From positions 64,001-128,000 of the IMG/VR virus record IMGVR_UViG_3300031555_004710: a DNA stretch of 64,000 bases. One strand, 5' to 3'. The stretch is from a virus (Duplodnaviria; Caudoviricetes). Positions 19,901 to 27,501 of the stretch are shown piece after piece (positions within the stretch are counted from its first letter, which is position 1; each line of letters opens with the position of its first letter). The notes beneath the pieces are model-generated. The model was not told the origin of the DNA. It saw nothing but the letters and a program-made list of their open reading frames with translations, and ran no database searches. Made by a program: the position numbers and the translations under genes.

Positions 19901-22763
19901 TCATCTTCTTTAACTCAGCTTTTCTCTTCTCTAAATCTGCTCTACTTCTAGGATCTACGTATGAAGATTTTTCAGGCAAACCTAATAATTGAGATGTAGT
20001 ATTATTTATATTATCTTCAGCAGCTTTCTTACCATTTTCAACTTCGTTCTCAACTTTTGCAGCTGCTTCAGCTTCAGCTTTTTTCTTCTTTTGCTCAGCT
20101 CGCCATTTTCTGTTAAGCTTTTGACTTAAGAAGGTATTATTTTTCCAATCATCATTATCTTGATAATTTTCACCATACATATATTGCATGGTATTATCAT
20201 ATAAGAACTCATAACCGTCTCCAAGATATCCTAAAGTTTTATCTTTTAGACTCTTTAATCCGGCTTTTGCTCCATCATATTGCTTTTTAAATATAGCATT
20301 TTCACCAGTAAATAATTTTTCTGTAGCTTTCTTTCTAGCTTCAGAATCCCACATTTTCTTAAAGAAACCTTCTTTACCAAAAAGACGAGAAGTGAAACCT
20401 TTAAAATTAGCTAGCATTGTACTAAGTGTAGCAAATACTATATTATTTGATTTTATTATAGACTCCTCTACAGTTGTAGCTGGAGGAGATTTCTGAAATA
20501 CTGCAATTGCATTAGATAAAATTTTCTGATCTCTATCATTAGCAGATTCAGTTTTCTTTTGATATGCATCATAATCTATAGTTGCAAGAGCGTTGATTTG
20601 CTCGACAGCTTTTTGTTCTTTATTATCAGTAGTGGAAGTTTTACTAGATAACCTAGTAGATGCACTTCCTACTGGAACTAAAGCAGTCGAAGTTGTAGGC
20701 TGAGATGATTTTTTACCATATCTTCCCATATATACAGAATCAAATGCCATGTCCTGCATTTTTCCACTATAGTAATCAACTCGATTACCAAATTCATCTA
20801 TTTTGCCTTTTGCTTTACTATAGATATCTTTAGCTCTACTAAAGATTTTTGATTTAGAACCAAAGCCAGACACATTATCTTTAACATTCTGCTTTGCAGC
20901 CTCTTTCTTGATTTCTCTAATAAGTTCAGCTTCAGTAGCACCACTTTTAGCTAATTTTATTATAAAATTGACAAAATCATCATCGAGACTAAGATCTACT
21001 TTAATATTTGCTTTATTTTGCAATGATTCAAAATATGCATTTATTCCCATGCTACCAGCGAAAGAGAATGAACGATAATCATTGCGCTTTATACCTTCTC
21101 TATCCCTAGATTCATAATCATGCATCTTTTTTATTGACTTAGTATATTCTGAACCATAAGTATTATTTATATTTCGATAAACGTGTTGAGTACTTCCTAT
21201 ATCATGATATAAATCATTTATTCTAGAAATAGCTCCTTCAAGTCCATCTTGGAATTCCATGATAAATTCTCTAATATGAGTATCAGAAACTCCTTCATTT
21301 TTAAGTTTACTAGCCATAGCTTGGCGAGCAGTCATTGTATCTTTCTTACCAGATATTTGATCATCGATTAATGCTTGTATACTGGTAAGAATACTTTCTT
21401 GATCTACGGATGATTTACCTGTAGCTTGAACAGCTTCAGTGAGTTTATCCATTGAATCCTTAAGAGATAATGAAAAAGTATCAAAGTATTCATTCCTCAT
21501 AGCTTTTTCAATTTCACTCTTAGATTTAAATTGACCTCTATCATAATCGTAATAACGTTTTTCGCTATTATCTAATTTAGAATCTATTGATGTTAATAAT
21601 TCAGGTATAACTTCAACAAGAGCTTTTTGTGCAATCCCATTCCATGGAGTTGCATTTTTCATATAATTAGAAAGATTTATATCTTTTATCTTCTCTCGTT
21701 TACTACCAAATACATCTCCTAATCCAAGCATTGCAAATAAAGGATTCGAGCTTAATTTATCTCCTAATTGCTTAAATCCTTCATCAAAGAATCTTGTAAG
21801 AGATTTATCGAATTTTTCTAAAGGTTCCTTCAAAGTTTTCGGAATCAAGAAATCTGTAAGAATTCCCATTATTCCAAAATCCTTTACATTACCACCAACA
21901 GATTTTGCCATCTCTGCGGCACTACCAAATAAAGAATCTTTAATACCTTCTTTAACGTAGTTAAAATATTCTTTTATATTAAAACCACCAGAGGTATCAA
22001 ATTTTCTATCTTTCTTTCGCATATCTGGCATCATAGATTTTTCAAAATTTTCAATCATTTTTCCAAGTCCAGATAGCATATCTATAGATTTACTATAATA
22101 CTCAATTGCATTTGTATTATTAAATTGCAAAATACCAGATAGATTTCGATTAATCATATCAAGTTTCTGGTTTTGAATATTAAGTGTAGTATTTATTGTG
22201 TTGAAACCATGTATCAAAGTATTATTAATTGACATACCTAAAGCTTGGGTACTTTTGATATTTGAATTAATTAAAGCCTTTGAACTAGCTTCAAGTCCTC
22301 TTAATTGTGCACTAGTACTTTGAATAACTGATTGTGCAACGCCTTTATTTCCAAGAAGAAGTATTTCTTCTGTAGACATATCTATGGCATCATCACCAGT
22401 TGGCATATTAAATGAACCGGATGTATCAGATTCATAATCATCAAACATCTCGTTATTTATTTTATCCATTGAAAAGTTTCCTGAATTTATATCATCAAAT
22501 GCAGACTTAAATAAATTTAGAGAGCGTTTATTTTGTGGAGAGTTATCTCTACTCGCCTGCTGTCTTTTAGTAACAGACTTTGTAGCTCTAGTTGCATTAC
22601 GGATATCCTTCAGGATAGCTGTTGTACTATTTACAGTATTAAATGTAGCTGGCATTACTGGTTCAAATAAAGCTTTTGCACCATTTCCAGCTTTTCCAAC
22701 AATTTTTGACCAGTTGATACGAGCAGTTTGCTGTGTACCAACATTTGAACTATTATTTTTCAC
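10986..22763 (-). CDS. giant tape-measure/tail-associated lysin (C39-like peptidase, lysozyme-like domain, M23 peptidase)
   Basis: 3925 aa, helical and Gly-rich hydrophobic segments; YAQGDPRW..GCGPTA..GHIV (C39-like); ESGGNY..SVGPYQ (lysozyme-like); HAGIDYG..HLHYE (M23). Confidence 0.85.
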   Translation of the reverse strand: MKNNSSNVGTQQTARINWSKIVGKAGNGAKALFEPVMPATFNTVNSTTAILKDIRNATRATKSVTKRQQASRDNSPQNKRSLNLFKSAFDDINSGNFSMDKINNEMFDDYESDTSGSFNMPTGDDAIDMSTEEILLLGNKGVAQSVIQSTSAQLRGLEASSKALINSNIKSTQALGMSINNTLIHGFNTINTTLNIQNQKLDMINRNLSGILQFNNTNAIEYYSKSIDMLSGLGKMIENFEKSMMPDMRKKDRKFDTSGGFNIKEYFNYVKEGIKDSLFGSAAEMAKSVGGNVKDFGIMGILTDFLIPKTLKEPLEKFDKSLTRFFDEGFKQLGDKLSSNPLFAMLGLGDVFGSKREKIKDINLSNYMKNATPWNGIAQKALVEVIPELLTSIDSKLDNSEKRYYDYDRGQFKSKSEIEKAMRNEYFDTFSLSLKDSMDKLTEAVQATGKSSVDQESILTSIQALIDDQISGKKDTMTARQAMASKLKNEGVSDTHIREFIMEFQDGLEGAISRINDLYHDIGSTQHVYRNINNTYGSEYTKSIKKMHDYESRDREGIKRNDYRSFSFAGSMGINAYFESLQNKANIKVDLSLDDDFVNFIIKLAKSGATEAELIREIKKEAAKQNVKDNVSGFGSKSKIFSRAKDIYSKAKGKIDEFGNRVDYYSGKMQDMAFDSVYMGRYGKKSSQPTTSTALVPVGSASTRLSSKTSTTDNKEQKAVEQINALATIDYDAYQKKTESANDRDQKILSNAIAVFQKSPPATTVEESIIKSNNIVFATLSTMLANFKGFTSRLFGKEGFFKKMWDSEARKKATEKLFTGENAIFKKQYDGAKAGLKSLKDKTLGYLGDGYEFLYDNTMQYMYGENYQDNDDWKNNTFLSQKLNRKWRAEQKKKKAEAEAAAKVENEVENGKKAAEDNINNTTSQLLGLPEKSSYVDPRSRADLEKRKAELKKMRIEARLGTSKYSTDESMAFDREYEEIEDRLKKPIETIENNLMVIGEKTEKHVRAAAESTVGDIDKPVETKKKAYKDGFLKKMKATMPKALAGAVAGAGIGLLNNQFSLLGSMFLPGGPIAGAIVGGGLTILSQTEAFKTFMFGKLSDPNDPNSAREGGLISEKMRASFKKVMPFAIGGAVLGGLKGLLKGALGFNSGLGILGTQILPGGILGGALLGAGVSILKNSESFKTMLLGKKGEDGKRSGTIISNSFNKVKSGFSKLMPGIKKAGAGLGIGALSGAVLSSAGYLPAMLSLGGPVGMGIAGLGLGIAASTSKFNAWLFGTEELDENGNVIGRRKDGMLTRVKNILMTNVVQPISDTFKSKMLDLVDWTKEKITYPFRLAFGPILDSLTGIKDNVVDFAKEKFEAIGNGIMDVFRKTTKAIFSPITKAIGWVGKSMIGIASGATKLAMAPASIGLQGIRMLTAGKRRKEYAEFYKNYYAKGNLSGKLREKWDAEEAEGNKRNIFGKISDTIGTYIGHGEIADAAREGWNDEHAADGKNHLNWRGVHQEHRALKANRKARQADEKKWRKIDKFSSTLRDELGGRELTFNDYKFEAIRDKFKRLGIDEKYIQSSDDIMDIIYRKNEFKKKMDPSKSKVSGGMIIEETDEQKRSREKTEDFQDDVLDVLDGIRQDFAGFAREKLDKDNTDSFDKKWRKDKKKLRTKLHGAGIFNVDLNNPEMRDFDINEVDSDRLTDYKYSKYAETGDFIGFMKEFKITQKSKYKSGEETPESSNTDTNHFNLRANGSKIKNGFSNKWGKFKSWIGSKTSKNDIVNNMNNTTSQLLALPAPQRSAKEELFDRQAKLREIMTDGRMATSKYSTEQIENATNEWTLLRGKLKGAGKDITEDQATKILSEMNANIKDLLDVNKEHKEIDSAQLEISTSGEIDDTAVKKRKGKSFGSRIMGKFNAFTSWLGFNKKKSRADAEEAEDEYARKGTGQLLLTGDVDPNAKTEDEEEEKTGGIWGKIKSVGKLIGGSGAGQFILKGMKFAGSIGLLGALGFTVAELIRPGTAKKVGDKIDEFNDYVNSDDFSMKKVMHDFSVKFGTWFDDTVVGEWWNEKISPWWDNKAFPWLKDAVSKVPEIIFEYLPGTIVKAGELIATHAPKIISAFCTVISEIAPPLATAILKSTPEILGAVLKGSWEIVKSLGNELLYALGLKKRPNGDKETISNSSFSTSSDKQAFVDEMKNNSGKASYIDSETGEVVEVSAKSATIDENGNVIIEYNQDKTANTGLITAGSNAIIRGGLNSGRAGIHGKAGRAAVKMPFRAVGVMGGTSLGATGGAVAGTFGGPVGTVSGMATGGFKGAKAGWKAGGKVGDKVSNGVSRFGATYLPDATSEIVSNKSALGNWRMNRQLSKTVTSSTVNVDAGALEKSIKEATDSALAKASSGGGALALKLSTEEASSKVLSESIGASISATLSENGQVASKETMEKAIKESTERLMKETKSETATELAEKLAKKTGTTAIKEAGTEAVEATVKESKKGVIKSLFAKIKGAIDKLSKNEKVMKIIGKFTADSSIIGKFIKGFKEIIEKLATKVFSNEKIWMKLSTKIAGGLAELGLRTTPLAVLFGAYDLINGAFSAKNLFRTTETDWLMCLISALFEFVLGLSPIYLLNIVLEVVQAIMDTDFKCQWASALYKAMAPEDGGFGLLGDKGLEDSQLALEIATAKYNKEHGTNISSTEYNNKVNKGIGGTIWDGFKATSNAIFGTKFETQWNSKQDVTADEIAAYKKEKGLGQGLGYGPKHPAIINGVYAQGDPRWGKMPIGYLPDGSVATMDKAGCGPTALAAAANTVAERNIGYGPITPADMGAYAASNGYISQGGANAGLFTEGAARMGLVSNPINNSYELKDNLLAGKPTILTGRSSSSADPYTQAGHIVMADGIYGNNMSVMDPITGKHKLYDINNVSKNTEHAWAYSAGYGPRPSDKKAVGLTPGKSTNLTGKNTNTSTTSTSTPAKSNVIYVQSDVDESGKPIYDKVIRVRTGTDRKGNPIYTTTTIHSDGSATIKYSNTGTTRYVDDYASNGLIDYGTISGYKTNSSGIDDNILNSNYKYFKDNDTWFTDKYPDDVHGKTSNNIIKYADRTGGTISRVRLGYVLSTQYFGMNGGSYGTIQIIPKKLGNKYTDTYHSLTQDLVAKIYAAAIVSENRKGNTFVSAPLSDAEKFLALCNACRVMYGVGNTLEFTRDSSKFSSYITDINDDDYRKLAREASGLSAEITTPVVEQTGIMNAEQLAEFAKKKKFFGKLKLLGFIAQAKINATLNGTDFWTEFEELTREETNPSASSGAILKGSSTTLTNAINSPNNIQEELLGKTIENIYRGESGGNYATVINDTNNKASVGPYQANAGNAVKLLKNLANASGIPFELKSKFTEYANLINNGKALTKDQMNDLSSALGDEQNKDAIRSSIDATAMKFYHDTFYNPHFAGYYDTGLIKDLRTLPLLADIGNTGPNLITSKTKDNAFMYHWPQEANLTTKDEELAAAYNLLLSRKLYWANSKYASSYTKRIKDTYENLAGYEFKSFVPDPGGLSQYFAKETNPLGFGKPTEGLDKIGDVVINATDNMEKVKTFSTGMNEINKILVGHMGGKMGLDTDAMGLSTSKDKEGGSSEDTGSTPVKSGPKPTSSQNATAFFTNTLNARKTSDYGNRTHPISGEYKFHAGIDYGTSGKSPNIYTPVAGKCVENYYHSGYGNLCVIEADDGTKHYFAHMKNKSPLTIGQYYQAGTCVGVVGTTGSSTGNHLHYEIRNKPWTYKTNNINPDTYNYGSGVVSLGDNKSFDFTKLPADGFGNIPLLSLGYGNAKKTTKIDSPAYREQLRKSIDTQEEFKVTPRDFEAIGFGPGMTVDAGFDMTNTDGKLDKVIGIISEWFAESKKTTGSAQSSATTNNIVSNTTNISQSGGSTPKRVANTSKYKETLANHHMLVASKLNAHNIM

Positions 22764-22809
22764 GTTATCACCTACTTTCTTAATAGGGTAAAACTTAGTT
22801 AGTTGACTT

Positions 22810-22821
22810 TAAGAATTTGTT
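22810..22821 (-). promoter_or_regulatory. late-type promoter AACA-N6-TA
   Basis: AACAaattctTA upstream of tape measure gene. Confidence 0.6.
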
Positions 22822-22847
22822 TTTACCCCTATATTTTAGGCAAATAA

Positions 22848-22882
22848 AGCATGAATAGTCTTATTAAAGGACTATTCATGCT
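22848..22882. terminator. intrinsic terminator
   Basis: AGCATGAATAGTC/GACTATTCATGCT. Confidence 0.7.
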
Positions 22883-23507
22883 ATTCAAATAATCTAAATT
22901 TTAGAATTTAAATATAATACAAAAACTATAAAGAAAAATAAATAATTATATCAAAACGATAATTCTTTCATAGTAGCACAATTATACATTTCTTAATATT
23001 TTTTCAAATTAAAGTAATATATAGATTATATTTATAACACTAGGCTTCCATAAAAAATAATATTTTTACTGATATAAATAATGACTACACAACTCCCTCT
23101 ATTCAAGGTGAGGCATGTAATTGTCAAAGTTCAATATAAAATATCAATATTTATTTTCACGCTAATATGATATTTATAAAAAGTATTATTTAAATCGAAA
23201 AACTTAATATGATATATTCTTACACATACTGAATCTAAAATCGATTTGCTATAAATAAAAACTATTCATAAAAATAATTATAGTATTATAATTTATCTTC
23301 ATTCATTTAAATTACTTTATATTTTTATAATATTTACTTTAATGATACCATATTTATCTTAATTGAGTATTATAAGATATTTTCATATTTCAATTACCAA
23401 TTGAAATAAATCAATTAAAAAATATAATATAGTACAAAGAGCAAAAATAAGCACCGCTTATTCAAAGTACAGCTCTTTCTACAATAATATAGATATTGTA
23501 GCATATT
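22848..23507 (-). ncRNA. candidate AU-rich ncRNA (~660 nt); alternatively a non-coding replication/packaging region
   Basis: ORF-free; AACA-N6-TA at 23507-23518; 5' hairpins CTACAATA/TATTGTAG and AAAGAGC/GCTCTTT enclosing AATAAGC/GCTTATT; own terminator. Confidence 0.35.
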
Positions 23508-23536
23508 AGAAAAATGTTAACCATCTAAAAAGATAC

Positions 23537-23571
23537 AAAAAAGAAGATAGTTCAACGACTATCTTCTTTTT
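23537..23571. terminator. intrinsic terminator
   Basis: AAAAAGAAGATAGT/ACTATCTTCTTTTT. Confidence 0.8.
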
Positions 23572-23582
23572 ATTATGTTCTA

Positions 23583-24170
23583 TTATTTCTGTACCTCTTT
23601 TAACCAATAAGGTATAGGATTCTTTGCTTTAAGTATTGCTCTTTCTTTAGTTACTGTAACAGTATCATCTGCTGTATCATCTTTCTTGAAACGATTACCC
23701 ACAGAGGTACGTTCAGGTGCAATAACACAATTAATTTCCATACGAGTTTCATCTGGCTCAGTAATAGGGAATGAGAATTTTCTACCTGCACGCATATAAT
23801 CATGAATAACTGTTGTGCTAACATCTATCATAGCGGCAGCATGTTCTTTTGTCATCGGAATATCATCGATTTTATCAGCATCGTGCTTATCTAATCCAAG
23901 ATTTCTAAGCATAGGTTTTAATGAATCACGATAACGTTTTGAAGGTTTCTTTGTGATACCAACAGGTTCACCAGTACCAGAAGTATCTTTAGCAGAATAA
24001 GAATAAACTGTTACTTCATGGTCAGGTGTGTTAAGAAGAGCAGTTGCCATAGATTCTAAATCAGATCTTGAAACGGCACTTGATGTGCGTCCCTTTGCAC
24101 GGTTACTGCTATCAATTTTTTCTTTGATTTCACTACATAATTGAGTGTACGCATTTTTGTTTTTAGACAT
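23583..24170 (-). CDS. putative HU/IHF-like DNA-binding protein with N-terminal extension
   Basis: C-half AAAMIDVSTTVIHDYMRAGRKFSF...APER...KERAILKAK...WLK follows the HU pattern; basic; GGAG SD. Confidence 0.45.
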   Translation of the reverse strand: MSKNKNAYTQLCSEIKEKIDSSNRAKGRTSSAVSRSDLESMATALLNTPDHEVTVYSYSAKDTSGTGEPVGITKKPSKRYRDSLKPMLRNLGLDKHDADKIDDIPMTKEHAAAMIDVSTTVIHDYMRAGRKFSFPITEPDETRMEINCVIAPERTSVGNRFKKDDTADDTVTVTKERAILKAKNPIPYWLKEVQK

Positions 24171-24320
24171 GTCTAGTATCTCCTTTACATTAAAAATATA
24201 GTATAATAATTATCATAATCTCGTACAATTATTATTAATATGAAGTTATCGTATCAATATTTTTATACACAGATTATCGATATTCAAGTAAATAATATAT
24301 GCTTAAAATAAGGATAAAAA

Positions 24321-24352
24321 AGAAATAGGTATTAATACAAATACCTATTTCT
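24321..24352. terminator. intrinsic terminator
   Basis: AGAAATAGGTATT/AATACCTATTTCT. Confidence 0.7.
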
Positions 24353-24359
24353 CTTAATT

Positions 24360-26693
24360 TTAAATGCCAAAGTTGCTAGTTGGTTCAGAAGATTCTTCGA
24401 TAGTTTCATCAGAATCATCATCTATTTCAACACGATATGTTAAATATTGTGAAACTTCTGCCGATGATGATATTGCTGAAAGGGTATCTCTTAACTGTAC
24501 TTTGAAATCTCCATTAACCGAAATATCATATTTAAGTTCTGATTTAGCATCATCTGATAATTCTGTTGTTGTAATTACTTTATGTCTCGTTTCGATATAT
24601 CCACATCTTCTACCAGATGCAAAGTATGATTCTGACATTACTTCTCCAGATACATCATTACTATTTAGATATTGCATAATATTACTATCATTTTGCAATC
24701 TAAAATAGGTGACAATATCTTGTATTAGTGGTGAGTTAAATATATTTTTAAGCTCATCATAAAAATCATCTTCATTTTCTTTAGCAAATATTATAATATT
24801 ATCTGGAATAACTTCAGGTGATGAATTGATTATTTTATCTAAAATATTTTCCTGCATTAGTTCATCATCTATAAATTTATATAATTCTTCCGATGCTTTA
24901 GAACCATCATTATTCATTATATATAATCCAAGACTATCGTTATTAGGATAGTTTATAAATCTAATATCTACTATAGTATTAGTACGATTATAGATATAAT
25001 CTGATACAATACACATCAACTTATTAATATGATGCACGCTTTTAGAACTGTATGACTTATCTCTATTGCTAATCTTTGATACATCAATATCATACATGAT
25101 ATCGCAATGCGCAACCAATACTTCAGGATCGATATATTTTGAGTCAATTCCTAAAATTTTAGAAATTTTATTAGCATGCTCATCGGTAATTTTGACTAAT
25201 GCATCTTTATCAATTATATCATAATCACCGGTTACTCTAATAGATACTCCAAGAGTAAATAAATGATCATATACTTTGGATGGTTTTAATGTGATAAATA
25301 TATCGGTTAAAATAATCCCAATTGCATGAAGATATCTGACCAGTTTATTATTTAAACTGATACGCTCATCTTCTATTTTACTGAAATCATTTATAATCCC
25401 ATCGATAATCATAGTATTTTCAACGGGAGATTCCATTCCAGATTTTGCTACAATTAAAGTTCCATTTGTACTTTCCATATCATCTATAACCTCTTTTTCA
25501 GAAACTATTGTAGAATATTTGCCCCCTATTGAATCAATAGGGGGCAAATAACTGCTATCGTCATTATTTTCTGAAACATCTTCAGATTTAACAGGACTCT
25601 TATTCTTTAATTGATTATGCATTTCTACAAGAGATTCCAATGATGTATCTTTTTGAACTGATGGTTTAGGTTTATTCTCTTTTTTCTTCGACTTATTCTC
25701 TGGTACTTTAGTAGTTGGAGTAGTATCTATATCAGGTATAACTACTTCTTTCTTTGCTTCTTCTTTATCTATGAATTCATCTAAAGATTCATATTTATTT
25801 AAAGTACCGTAGTTTGCAAATAACGGTCCCTTCTCAATTGGCTCACCGTTAAGTTTCTTTAAAAGTCTTTTATATATAATTTCAGTAATAGAATCTATCA
25901 TATCATCGGACTCTTTTCTGAAAAGTGATGCTGGAGTTTTTGGATAAATAGATTCAACATCGTCTTCATCATCATCTCCACATAAAAGTTCATCAAGTTC
26001 CGAATCTGTTAAATGACGACCTAATTTAGATTCAATTGCTGAAATTTCTTTAAGAATTTCTTCGTTACCACCTTTTTCAATTGCATGCTGTAAAGGATTT
26101 ATGAAACTAGGTTTATTTCGTTTCATCTCTGGGGGAATTTCCCCGTTTCTATATGCATTTAAACAGGTATCTGCAAATTCGCTATCACCAAACTCTGTAT
26201 CAGAATCAAAATAATCATCTTCATCATCGTCATCATAGTCATAATCGTCCATATTAGCAAAATCTCTTAAACTACGATACATTGACTTATATGATTCTTT
26301 ATTCTTACTACCGGTGATTAAACGAATTGTACGTTTAATTGCTTTACGATATAATTTCATTAAGTATTCATAAGCATCTCTAGATGAACGATTTTTATGA
26401 ATACGAAGTTTTATTGCCTCTACCAAAACCATTACCATTTCAATTCTTGCATCATGTAAAGAAGCATTAAAGAATCTCATAATAATGTCCCCTCGTGGAC
26501 CTCTTATTGCTCTTAAAATTATAGATAATGGTTTCTTTGAAGATAGAACGGTTGTGCAGAAGTTAGGAATCCCACAAGCGTCCTCAATTACTCTATCAGC
26601 ATATTTTACATATGTTGCATTTCCATATTGATCTCTTATCATAAAACGTATTTCACGTTCAATATAACGGAGACTTTGTTCCATCCCTGTCAT
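24360..26693 (-). CDS. hypothetical protein with acidic/disordered linker
   Basis: 777-aa ORF with SD. Confidence 0.8.
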   Translation of the reverse strand: MTGMEQSLRYIEREIRFMIRDQYGNATYVKYADRVIEDACGIPNFCTTVLSSKKPLSIILRAIRGPRGDIIMRFFNASLHDARIEMVMVLVEAIKLRIHKNRSSRDAYEYLMKLYRKAIKRTIRLITGSKNKESYKSMYRSLRDFANMDDYDYDDDDEDDYFDSDTEFGDSEFADTCLNAYRNGEIPPEMKRNKPSFINPLQHAIEKGGNEEILKEISAIESKLGRHLTDSELDELLCGDDDEDDVESIYPKTPASLFRKESDDMIDSITEIIYKRLLKKLNGEPIEKGPLFANYGTLNKYESLDEFIDKEEAKKEVVIPDIDTTPTTKVPENKSKKKENKPKPSVQKDTSLESLVEMHNQLKNKSPVKSEDVSENNDDSSYLPPIDSIGGKYSTIVSEKEVIDDMESTNGTLIVAKSGMESPVENTMIIDGIINDFSKIEDERISLNNKLVRYLHAIGIILTDIFITLKPSKVYDHLFTLGVSIRVTGDYDIIDKDALVKITDEHANKISKILGIDSKYIDPEVLVAHCDIMYDIDVSKISNRDKSYSSKSVHHINKLMCIVSDYIYNRTNTIVDIRFINYPNNDSLGLYIMNNDGSKASEELYKFIDDELMQENILDKIINSSPEVIPDNIIIFAKENEDDFYDELKNIFNSPLIQDIVTYFRLQNDSNIMQYLNSNDVSGEVMSESYFASGRRCGYIETRHKVITTTELSDDAKSELKYDISVNGDFKVQLRDTLSAISSSAEVSQYLTYRVEIDDDSDETIEESSEPTSNFGI

Positions 26694-26712
26694 ACTTATT
26701 CCCCCTTTCTAT

Positions 26713-27234
26713 TTAATAATCATCATCTTCATCTTCTTCGTATATGATATCTTCTTCTTCACTGTCATCGTCATCATTATCAATGTCAGAATCATCGTCA
26801 TCAATATCATATTCGTCAGAATCATCATTACCAAAAATTGCCATAGAAATACAATCGTCAAGTGATACTTCACCATCGTCCATAGGCGCCCAACCAACAG
26901 TATCCTTTACGACATTTATAAAGACTTTGCGGAGAACACTATCTCCAACATCTTCACTACATTCAAGAGTGCGTTCAATAATCTCTTCGCGTTTATTACG
27001 AAGCTGATCTTGTACTGAATAAGGTGCTCCGTGAATTAAGTCGTCAAACTGTTCGTCTATAGATTTTCTATCGAAATAATCAATAGGATTATATCCTAAG
27101 CAGTCTTCAAAATGGCTTCCCAATTCATCTTTAGAATCAAATTCATCCGGTGCTGCCATTTTTAATAAATCATCAGCAATATCATCTGCTGTCGCGTTGT
27201 TACATCTTACCATAAAATCCAGTAATTTTGCCAT
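26713..27234 (-). CDS. highly acidic hypothetical protein
   Basis: 173 aa, D/E-rich tail, AAGGAG SD. Confidence 0.8.
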   Translation of the reverse strand: MAKLLDFMVRCNNATADDIADDLLKMAAPDEFDSKDELGSHFEDCLGYNPIDYFDRKSIDEQFDDLIHGAPYSVQDQLRNKREEIIERTLECSEDVGDSVLRKVFINVVKDTVGWAPMDDGEVSLDDCISMAIFGNDDSDEYDIDDDDSDIDNDDDDSEEEDIIYEEDEDDDY

Positions 27235-27393
27235 GCTATTAACACTCCTTATTTTTTATTAAATCATTAGCTAATTTGGTGTAGAAGCTATTGAGTTTAT
27301 AAGAATGTAATGCTTAACTTAGAATCTTACTGGCAATATCGAAATAGGTCCGTAACGATATATCCCATTCCGTTCTTCTATAAGTCCACTATA

Positions 27394-27401
27394 ATAATAT
27401 A
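27394..27401 (-). promoter_or_regulatory. early-type promoter TATATTAT
   Basis: motif ~160 nt upstream of the 27234 start. Confidence 0.5.
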
Positions 27402-27454
27402 TGAATAAAATTTTTATTCAAATATACATCAGAGCTTAGAATATAAGCAATTTT

Positions 27455-27466
27455 AACAAAATCTTA
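27455..27466 (+). promoter_or_regulatory. late-type promoter AACA-N6-TA
   Basis: AACAaaatctTA upstream of RNAP gene. Confidence 0.6.
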
Positions 27467-27501
27467 AAGTTGACACCATATACTAAATATAAGAAAGGAC
27501 G

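Noticed and set aside
24360-26693. Possible chimallin (phage nucleus shell) or tubulin gene
   Set aside because: No recognisable ChmA or PhuZ motifs in this or any other ORF of the window
26709-27007. Alternative-frame ORFs over the acidic gene, and GAT-type microsatellite-like runs (also ~59340-59460)
   Set aside because: By-products of poly-Asp/Glu coding
27360-27390. SAM-I riboswitch-like start CTTATAGAAGA in the leader
   Set aside because: Remaining SAM-I core (kink-turn, pseudoknot, GCAACC) is absent
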